DNA from: Candidatus Binatia bacterium
Lineage (GTDB): Bacteria; Desulfobacterota; Binatia; UBA1149; CAITLU01
Length of the DNA stretch: 51,392 bases
Assembly (NCBI GenBank): GCA_046260515.1
Contig: JBHEPB010000260.1
Location: forward strand, 1 to 51,392
Direction of reading: 5' to 3'
Shown here piece by piece: positions 44,949 to 51,392 of the stretch; within the stretch, counting starts at the first letter, position 1, and each line of letters starts with the position of its first letter. Position numbers and translations under genes: made by a program. The notes under the pieces were generated by a model. That model saw only the letters and a list, made by a program, of their open reading frames with translations, was not told the DNA's origin and did no database searches.

Positions 44949-46767
44949 CGGCCGGTGCGCCCTTCGTGCCGGCCCAGCCGGAACGGATGTCCTGGATCTT
45001 GCGCTCGAGGGACTTGCGCTGCTCCGGATCCTCGGTGCGCGCCGCGGCGTCGCGATAGCTGCGCTCGGCGTCCACGTCGCGCCCCACCTTCAGGTACACA
45101 TCGCCGAGGTGCTCGACGATGACGGGGTCCCTGCCGCCGAGGGCCGTGGCCCTTTCCAGTTCCTTCACCGCCGTCTTGAAGTCGCCGCGCTGGTAGTGCA
45201 CCCACGCCAGGCTGTCCACGATGGCGGCGTTGTCGGGATGCAGTTCGAGGGCGCGGCGGATGAGCGCTTCGGCCTCGTCGATGTTCTCGCCGCGCTCGGC
45301 CCAGGTGTAGCCGAGGTGGTTCAGCGCGTCGGCATTCTGGGGGTTGAGCGCGATCACGCGCTTCAAGGTTTCGACGGCTTCGTCCTTGGCGCCGGACTCG
45401 TCGTAGAGCCAGGCCAGGCCGTAAAGAAAGCCGTCGTTGGCCGGCTCGAGGGCGACGAGCCTCTTGGCCGTCCCGATCGCGTCCGAGTAGCGCTTCTTCT
45501 CGCGGTACAGGGCGATCAGGCGGCGCAGGCCGTCGGTGTTGTCCGGCGCGCCCACCAGCAGCTTCTGGACCGCGTCGATGGCGCCGTCCAGGTCGCCCTT
45601 CTCCTCGAGGATGCTGCTGAGGAAGAGGCGCGCATCCACGTAGCGGGCGGCGCGCGGGGAGACCGCCGCCAGCTCGCGGGCGGTGCCGTCGCTGTCGCCG
45701 ACCTTGTCGTAGGCCAGGGCCAGCCAGTAGCGGATCTCGTCTTCGCCGGGACGCGCGCCGAGCACGATGTGGAAACCCGTGATGGCCCTCAGGTAGTCGC
45801 CGCGCTGGAAATCGATGAGGCCGATCTTGGCACAGGTCACCAGCGGGTCCTCGGCAAAATCCACCAGCTTCTCGTACTTGCGCAGCTTGGCTTCCAGGCC
45901 CGGGTCGTTCTCGTCGAGGGCGCCGATCTGGCGCCGGGCCTGCTCGAGCTGGGGATTGAAGTCGATGGCCCGGTTGAAGCTGTCCACCGCCTTGCGGCGC
46001 ATGCCCAGGCGGTCGTAGACGAAGCCCGTGTGCAGGTGCAGTTCGGCGATCGAGGAATTGAGGCGGGCGGCGTGGCGCAGGGCACGCAGGGCCTCGTCGT
46101 ACTTGCCGGTGGCCGCCAGCGACTTGCCAAGCCCGAAATTCGCGATGAAGGATTCGGGCCTCAGCGAGATCGCGCGCCGCAGCACCTCGACGGCGTGTTC
46201 GTGCTGGCCGATGCGGCTGTAGAGGGCGCCGAGCAGGACGAGGGCTTCCTCGTTGTCCTTGCTGAGGTTCAGCACGTCCTGGTAGACGCTGATGGCGCGC
46301 GTGTACTCCTGCAGCCCGATGTCCACGCGCCCGGCGAACAGCTTCGCCTCGAGGTCGGCGGGCTGGAGGACCATCAGCGCGGAAGCCTGCTCGCGGGCCT
46401 TGCGCAATTCGCCCGCGCGAACGTAGAGCTCGGCCAGTTCGGAGCGCAGCCGCGGGACGTCCGGGGCCACCTCCACCGCACGCGCCGTCTCGCGCATGGC
46501 GGTTTCGTAGTCGTTGTCGAAACGGGCGACGACCGCGGCCAGGAAGTAGCCGCGGGCCAGGTCGCTGCGGGTGACCAGGGGCTGGGCGCGGAACTCGGCG
46601 CGGTCGATACCGTTGATGTGGGTGCGGGTTCGTTCTGTCCCGGGACGGGAGATGGCGGCACAGCCGCTTCCCACCACGAGGAGGGCGACGACGGCCGCCC
46701 ACGCACGGAGGGGGACTCGTGCACGGCAGCCTTCCGCGCCTCGGCGACCGGTACGATATCTCGTCAT
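44935..46767 (-). CDS. tetratricopeptide-repeat lipoprotein
   Basis: Track ORF 44935..46836. I start at the ATG at 46767 (MTRYRTGRR...ALLVVGSGC lipobox). It has more than 12 recognisable 34-aa TPR units (e.g. AL..LG..Y...G....A...). Confidence 0.85.
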   Translation of the reverse strand: MTRYRTGRRGAEGCRARVPLRAWAAVVALLVVGSGCAAISRPGTERTRTHINGIDRAEFRAQPLVTRSDLARGYFLAAVVARFDNDYETAMRETARAVEVAPDVPRLRSELAELYVRAGELRKAREQASALMVLQPADLEAKLFAGRVDIGLQEYTRAISVYQDVLNLSKDNEEALVLLGALYSRIGQHEHAVEVLRRAISLRPESFIANFGLGKSLAATGKYDEALRALRHAARLNSSIAELHLHTGFVYDRLGMRRKAVDSFNRAIDFNPQLEQARRQIGALDENDPGLEAKLRKYEKLVDFAEDPLVTCAKIGLIDFQRGDYLRAITGFHIVLGARPGEDEIRYWLALAYDKVGDSDGTARELAAVSPRAARYVDARLFLSSILEEKGDLDGAIDAVQKLLVGAPDNTDGLRRLIALYREKKRYSDAIGTAKRLVALEPANDGFLYGLAWLYDESGAKDEAVETLKRVIALNPQNADALNHLGYTWAERGENIDEAEALIRRALELHPDNAAIVDSLAWVHYQRGDFKTAVKELERATALGGRDPVIVEHLGDVYLKVGRDVDAERSYRDAAARTEDPEQRKSLERKIQDIRSGWAGTKGAPAGEGI

Positions 46768-46877
46768 GGAAGGGGCCGAACCTACCATGCGCCTCGCTGC
46801 GGAAACAATGCGGGCGGCAGCTCGCGACGGCGGCAAGCCGAGTTGCGCGCGTGGGGCCCGTCCGTTAAGGCCCGCCG

Positions 46878-47675
46878 GTGTTCCTGCGCTGGCTTCTGAC
46901 GGTCTTCCCCCGCGAAATGCTCCAGGGCTGGGCCCTGCTTCGCCCCGACCTGGTGCTGTGGCTGGCCCTGTCGGCCCTCGTCGCCGTGGCCACGATGTCG
47001 GCTCCCCCTCCCGGCGGCGACGCGCCGCCCCCCTTGCTTCCCTTCCTGGTGAGCATCACCTCGGGCCTCGTGATGACGATGCTGCCGGCCGTGCTGTTCT
47101 CCGCCCAGCTCGAAGGCAGGCAACTGACCTGGGGGCCCGTGCTGATGCTCATGGCGCGCAAGGCCGGGCCCCTGGTGGCCTACGCCATCATCGCCATCTT
47201 CATCGCCTGGACAGCCGAGGCGGCCATGCTCGTGTCGGTGAGCTTCGCCCTCGGCGACGGCCCTGCCCTCATTCCCATCAGCGCCGTCGCCGGCATCGTG
47301 ATCCTGGTCTCCATCCTCGTCCGCTTCAGCTTCCTCCCCTTCCTCGTGATCCTCCTCGAGAAAGACCAGGTGCCCGCCGCCCTGTGGCAGTGGCAGCGCG
47401 CCCCGGCCCTGGCGCCGGTGTTCTGGCCCCTGACGGCGAGCGCGCGGCTCACCGAGGGCAGCCGCTGGCGCCTCGCGTTCTACACGCTGATCGGCCAGGT
47501 CCTGCCGTGGCTGGCGGCGCGGGTTCCCGAAGTGGCCGTGTTGCCGGCGTCCATCCTCGCCCTGCTGGCGCTGACCACGGTGCAGGGGGTGTATTTCGTG
47601 CACTACCGGCGGCGCTGCGAGGAAACCGGGGTTCCTCCGCCGAGCCTTCCCCTGGACGCCGTGCTGACCGCCTGA
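46878..47675 (+). CDS. multi-pass integral membrane protein, unknown function
   Basis: 265 aa with a GTG start, very high GC3 and about 6 hydrophobic segments. The opposite-strand ORF 46782..47603 is low-complexity R/G/H/E junk. Confidence 0.65.
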   Translation: MFLRWLLTVFPREMLQGWALLRPDLVLWLALSALVAVATMSAPPPGGDAPPPLLPFLVSITSGLVMTMLPAVLFSAQLEGRQLTWGPVLMLMARKAGPLVAYAIIAIFIAWTAEAAMLVSVSFALGDGPALIPISAVAGIVILVSILVRFSFLPFLVILLEKDQVPAALWQWQRAPALAPVFWPLTASARLTEGSRWRLAFYTLIGQVLPWLAARVPEVAVLPASILALLALTTVQGVYFVHYRRRCEETGVPPPSLPLDAVLTA

Positions 47676-47684
47676 GGGCTTTCT

Positions 47685-48170
47685 TCAGCGGCGGGACGTA
47701 GCGCTCCCGGCGGCATCGGCTTCCGCATGCTCGTGGTCGTGATGGTCGCCGTGGTCGCAATCGGCGAGGGATCCGATCCACACTTCGCCGCCCTCGAAGT
47801 GCTCCTTCTTCCAGATCGGCGCCACCAGCTTGAGCGAGTCGATGCAGAAGCGGCAGGCTTCGATCGATTCGCGCCGGTGGGGCGCCGACACCGAGATGAC
47901 GACGCTGGACTCGCCCAGGGGCACCACGCCCACGCGATGGACGATGGCCACGCGTGTCAGTTCCCAGCGTGATGCGGCTGCGACCGCGATCTTGCGGAAC
48001 TCCTCCACGGCCATTTCCGCGTAGGCTTCGTACTCCAGGCGCAGCACGTTGCGGCCGCGATTGGTGGCGCGCGTGGTGCCGAGGAACGTGGTGACGGCGC
48101 CGGCGGCGGGATCCTGGACGTGAGCCACCAGGGCGTTGAGGTCGATGGGCTGCTCGGTAATCTCGAACAT
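47685..48170 (-). CDS. moaE: molybdopterin synthase catalytic subunit MoaE with His/Asp-rich C-terminal tail
   Basis: 161 aa. The ATG follows GGGAGAGAGGA. Supporting strings are GAVTTFLGTTR, LEYEAYAEMA, VAIVHRVG.VPLGE, VISVSAPHR and PIWKKE. The tail is CDHGDHHDHEHAEAD. Confidence 0.93.
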   Translation of the reverse strand: MFEITEQPIDLNALVAHVQDPAAGAVTTFLGTTRATNRGRNVLRLEYEAYAEMAVEEFRKIAVAAASRWELTRVAIVHRVGVVPLGESSVVISVSAPHRRESIEACRFCIDSLKLVAPIWKKEHFEGGEVWIGSLADCDHGDHHDHEHAEADAAGSATSRR

Positions 48171-48191
48171 CGTTCGTCCTCTCTCCCTGTC

Positions 48192-48467
48192 TCAGGCTCT
48201 TGCCGCCGGTTGCGGCGCGCCGCTTCCGCCGGCTACCGGCGGGATCACGGCCACTTCGTCGTCGTCGGCGAGCACGTGCGTGTCGTCCACGTACTCGCGG
48301 TTGACCGCCACCCTCAGCACGCCCGCGCCGAGGGCAAAGATGCCGTCGCTGCCGGCCAGCTCGGTCAGCAGGTCGGCCACCGTCGCGCCGTCCGTGCAGG
48401 CGCGCGTTTCCTCGCGCCGTCCGAGCTTCTCGCGAACGATGCCGAAGTAGAGGAGGCGAACCTTCAC
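48192..48467 (-). CDS. moaD: molybdopterin synthase sulfur carrier MoaD with 10-residue extension beyond the Gly-Gly
   Basis: 91 aa. The GTG start lies 5 nt after GGGAGG. The protein reads MKVRLLYFG...DDDEVAVIPPVAGG, then SGAPQPAARA, then stop. I verified this by manual translation of 48192-48260. Confidence 0.86.
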   Translation of the reverse strand: MKVRLLYFGIVREKLGRREETRACTDGATVADLLTELAGSDGIFALGAGVLRVAVNREYVDDTHVLADDDEVAVIPPVAGGSGAPQPAARA

Positions 48468-48516
48468 TTCGCCTCCCGATTTCGGCGACCATCGTCGCTA
48501 CGCCGTCCCCGCATGC

Positions 48517-49089
48517 TCAAGCGTCGGGCTCCCGCGGCCTGGCCAGGCCCACCACGTGGGCGAGCTGGGGAAGAATGAGTCGGTCCATCGCCAGGCGGCA
48601 GGCCGCCGTCGATCCCGGCATCGAGAACACGGCCATGGTGCCGGCCAGGCCCGCCACCGCCCGCGACAGCATCGCGGCCGCGCCGATCTCCTCGAAGCTG
48701 AGCATGCGAAAGAGTTCGCCGAAGCCGTCGATACGCTTGGTGAGCAGGGACGTGACGGCTTCGAAGGTGGTGTCGCGCGCGGCGATGCCGGTGCCGCCGG
48801 ACAACAGCACGGCCTCGACGCGGTTGTCGGCAGCGAACTCTTCGAGCAAACGGCGCACCAGGGCGGGATCGTCGGCGACGATGCGGTAGGCCTCCACGCG
48901 GTGCCCCGCCTTCTCGAGCCGGGAGCGGATCTCGCCTCCCGAGGTGTCGTTCTCCCCGGTCCTCGTGTCCGACACCGTCACCACGGCGCAGGCGACGCGG
49001 CGCGCGTCGCGGGCGTGGTGGGCGGACGACGCTGGCTTCGCAGGATGCGCGTGGTCGCCGCCTCCGGATGTGGTCGGGGAATGGCCCAT
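48517..49089 (-). CDS. moaB: molybdenum cofactor biosynthesis protein B (MoaB/MogA family)
   Basis: 190 aa. Supporting strings are VVTVSDTR..DTSG, LLSGGTGIAARD, GFGELFRMLSFEEIG and SRAVAG..AVFSMPGSTAAC, closely resembling E. coli MoaB. The first roughly 30 aa (His-rich) may or may not be translated. Confidence 0.88.
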   Translation of the reverse strand: MGHSPTTSGGGDHAHPAKPASSAHHARDARRVACAVVTVSDTRTGENDTSGGEIRSRLEKAGHRVEAYRIVADDPALVRRLLEEFAADNRVEAVLLSGGTGIAARDTTFEAVTSLLTKRIDGFGELFRMLSFEEIGAAAMLSRAVAGLAGTMAVFSMPGSTAACRLAMDRLILPQLAHVVGLARPREPDA

Positions 49090-49280
49090 GGGCGCTGTTT
49101 CTCACAGGGAACGAACGACGCCAAGGGCAGCGGTCTCCTGTCCGGCCGCTGTGTTGGGACCGGTTCCCCGGTCTGTCGATCGGACAAGGTGCCGGCCGGG
49201 CCACGGAGACGCTGATCGTTGGGTCGCTGCCGCGGTTCCGGCTAGGGTCGGTTCGCGGGATCGACGACCGGAGAGTACCC

Positions 49281-50714
49281 ATGACCCCACTGCGGAACCA
49301 TGCCACGAAGATCGTCGCGACCATCGGCCCGGCGTCGTCCGCGCCGGCGACGATGGAAGCGATGATCCGCGCCGGGCAGGACGTGGCGCGGCTCAACTTC
49401 TCCCACGGCACGTTCGACGACCACGGACGCGACATCCGCAACCTTCGCGCGGCTGCCGCGGCGGCGGAACGCGACCTCGCGATCCTTGTGGATCTCCCGG
49501 GTCCGAAGATTCGTCTCGGCAGGATCGCCGGCGAGCCGATTGAGTTGCAGGCGGGCGCCTCGTTCGTCCTGACGACCGACGAGATCGAGGGAGACGCGAC
49601 GCGCGCGTTCGTCAGTTTTGCCCGACTGCCGCAGGTTGCAGGGCCCGGCGACCACCTGTTCGTCAACGACGGCATCGTCGATCTGCAGGTCGAATCTATC
49701 CGTGGATGCGAAGTCCACTGTCGCGTCGTGGTCGGCGGCGAGATCCGCTCGCGCAAGGGCGTCAACCTGCCCGGAGTCGACCTCGGCATCTCCGCCTTCA
49801 CGGAACACGACCGGAGGTGCCTGGAGTTCGCGCTGGGCGAAGGTATCGACATCGTCAGCCAGTCCTTCGTCGAGTCCGGGGCCGACATCGAAGCGGTGCG
49901 TGCCGCCGGTCGCGCGATCGGTCACGAACCCTTCGTCGTCGCCAAGATCGAGCGGGCAAGGGCGCTCGATCGCATCGACGAGATCCTTGCGGCGGCGGAC
50001 GGCATCATGATCGCCCGCGGCGACCTCGGCGTCGAAGTGCCGGTGGAACAGATCGCCATTCTCCAGAAAGGCCTGATGCGCAAGGCGATCCGCGCCGGCA
50101 AGCCGGTGATCACCGCGACCCAGATGCTCGAGTCGATGACCCACTCACGCCGGCCGACCCGCGCCGAATCCACCGACGTCGCCAACGCCATCCTCGATGG
50201 AACGGATGCCGTGATGCTGTCAGCCGAGTCGGCGAGCGGCCGATTCCCCGTGGAAGCGGTCGCGACCCTGGCGCGCATTGCCGCGGTAACCGAGCCCCAC
50301 CGCCCGCGCTACGATCTTTGGGAGCGGCTGAAGAATCGGCCGCAGGATCTGCATCCGGATGCCTACGATCTCGTCGCCCTGGCTGCCGAGGCGATCACCG
50401 AGTTAGGCGAGGTCGCCGCCGTGTTCGTGCCCACCGGGACCGGGCGCATGGCCCGCAGCATCGCGCGCTTCCGTCTGCCGATTCCGATCGCGGTGACCAC
50501 GGCGGACGTCCGCGTCGCACGGCGCCTCCTTCTCTCCTACGGCGTATGGCCCGAGGTAGTGGCAGCGCCGGTCGCGAACTGGAATGAATTCGCCCGCGAT
50601 TGGTTGCGCGAGCACGACCTCCGCGGCGAAAGGGCGCTGCTGCTGCGCGGCCCCTCCCCGGACGAGCCGGCGACGAATCACAGCCTGGAGCTGATTGACC
50701 TGGCGGCGAACTGA
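49281..50714 (+). CDS. pyk: pyruvate kinase
   Basis: Track ORF 49068..50714. The ATG at 49281 follows GGAGAG. Supporting strings are TKIVATIGPAS, ARLNFSHG, VDLPGPKIR, MIARGDLGVE and ATQMLESM..RPTRAE..DVANA..DG. Confidence 0.95.
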   Translation: MTPLRNHATKIVATIGPASSAPATMEAMIRAGQDVARLNFSHGTFDDHGRDIRNLRAAAAAAERDLAILVDLPGPKIRLGRIAGEPIELQAGASFVLTTDEIEGDATRAFVSFARLPQVAGPGDHLFVNDGIVDLQVESIRGCEVHCRVVVGGEIRSRKGVNLPGVDLGISAFTEHDRRCLEFALGEGIDIVSQSFVESGADIEAVRAAGRAIGHEPFVVAKIERARALDRIDEILAAADGIMIARGDLGVEVPVEQIAILQKGLMRKAIRAGKPVITATQMLESMTHSRRPTRAESTDVANAILDGTDAVMLSAESASGRFPVEAVATLARIAAVTEPHRPRYDLWERLKNRPQDLHPDAYDLVALAAEAITELGEVAAVFVPTGTGRMARSIARFRLPIPIAVTTADVRVARRLLLSYGVWPEVVAAPVANWNEFARDWLREHDLRGERALLLRGPSPDEPATNHSLELIDLAAN

Positions 50715-51107
50715 TGGAGCGCCCGGGCCTTGGCCCGCCCAGCCGCGTAAGCCATCGATTTTTCTGACGTTGAACGACGCGCCTACCGCCGCACGGGCTG
50801 TTTTCGCCCGATTTTCGGCCGAAATCCATGGAATCGAGCCCCGGAGATCGCCTCAGAGACCCGATCCATTGGTTGGACGGCCAGGGGTAGCCGTCGTGAT
50901 TTCGACCGCGACAGGGGCGTTTGGAGAATTTCTCCCCGACTTCCCTCGTTGCCGCGGCCGTCGAACCTCGGCCCGACGCAAGCAAACCGCGACGGGCCGT
51001 GGGCGTCACAGACTGGACATCCGGCCGCCGCCGCGGGGAGAGCGGGCAGCGGCCGGAGAAGCGCCGGCATAGGGAGGAGTTGGCTGCCGGCGACAGGGGC
51101 TACGGTA

Positions 51108-51380
51108 CTAGGCGTGGGATCCCGGCGAGTCCGTCGAAGCGGCCTGCAGGCCGACCTGCTCCATCCCGGCGTTCACCTTCTCAGCGAGATCCTTGCGCAG
51201 TTCCTGTCCGGGCTTGGGCGCGAACAGCAGCGCGAGACCGGCGCCGACCAGCATTCCGGTTCCGAAGAGGCCGAGCACCGACGCGACGTCCTGGGTCATC
51301 GTGTGGCGCGTCTGAAGGCCGACGGCGCCGGCGAGGTCGTTCTTGGACGGAAGTGCCTGCAGGAGATCTTCAAGGGTCAT
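51108..51380 (-). CDS. YtxH-like small membrane/stress protein
   Basis: 90 aa. The ATG follows AGAGGAA. LGLFGTGMLVGAGLALLFAPKPGQELRKDLAEKV matches the YtxH motif (..LLFAPKSG.E.R). Confidence 0.7.
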   Translation of the reverse strand: MTLEDLLQALPSKNDLAGAVGLQTRHTMTQDVASVLGLFGTGMLVGAGLALLFAPKPGQELRKDLAEKVNAGMEQVGLQAASTDSPGSHA

Positions 51381-51392
51381 GGTGGTTCCTCT

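Noticed and set aside
44668-46899. A 743-aa plus-strand ORF antisense to the TPR and LolB-like genes.
   Set aside because: The minus strand has regular 34-aa TPR periodicity and lipoboxes. This frame has none.
46782-47603. A 273-aa minus-strand ORF overlapping the membrane protein gene.
   Set aside because: The translation is H/R/G/E/D-rich nonsense. The plus-strand frame gives coherent hydrophobic helices with higher GC3.
50790-50842. The minus-strand string GGGGCTCGATTCCATGGATTTCGGCCG resembles the 5' end of tmRNA (GGGGCUGAUUCUGGAUUCGAC).
   Set aside because: A tmRNA of about 350 nt starting here would run into the pyk coding region. No tRNA-like 3' end (…GGTTCGAATCC…CCA) is visible. It is most likely a chance resemblance.

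Overview
This is a 51.4 kb, very GC-rich and densely coding bacterial chromosomal window. G+C was judged by eye, not computed. Codon position 3 is almost always G or C, so both strands carry very long stop-free antisense ORFs, which I reject as artefacts. I support about 45 protein genes and see no rRNA, tRNA, CRISPR array, transposase or integrase. Many track ORFs begin upstream of the real start because in-frame stops are rare, so I re-placed starts using Shine-Dalgarno spacing and N-terminal homology logic.

Gene content, left to right:
- Trehalose locus: otsB and otsA, divergent from a GH15 hydrolase.
- Secreted carbohydrate-active genes: a GH5 with beta-sandwich modules, a sulfatase with a dockerin-like tail, and a parallel beta-helix protein.
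- A 2-oxoacid:ferredoxin oxidoreductase operon (gamma, alpha, beta) ending in a GltD-like flavoprotein with fused ferredoxin clusters.
- A poly-Gly lipoprotein, an orphan AAA+ ATPase and a FixJ/LuxR response regulator.
- The conserved rpsP-KH-rimM-trmD-SPOUT-rplS operon with a textbook terminator.
- An ArsM-like methyltransferase.
- Two convergent, paralogous three-gene phosphorelay modules flanking an orphan TadE/TadG-like pair.
- An ADAM/reprolysin-like metalloprotease, then a PAS-like protein with a CxWC...HGxCxxC tail, then a Tat-like lipoprotein with a strictly periodic (C-x3-C-x6) cysteine array.
- A TPR/LolB-like pair and an oppABCDF-type ABC importer.
- moaB-moaD-moaE, pyruvate kinase and a YtxH-like protein.

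The lineage looks like a Gram-negative Myxococcota, Desulfobacterota or Binatota-like organism, but that is inference only.

The best candidates for undescribed biology are:
- the protease / PAS-zinc-ribbon / CX3C-lipoprotein cluster at 35.4-38.5 kb, together with a second cysteine-rich secreted protein at 24.6 kb;
- the POR-GltD fusion operon;
- the response regulator / structured leader / wHTH-AAA+ module;
- the mirrored phosphorelay modules enclosing TadE/TadG.

All functional calls rest on motif recognition by eye. No database search was run.
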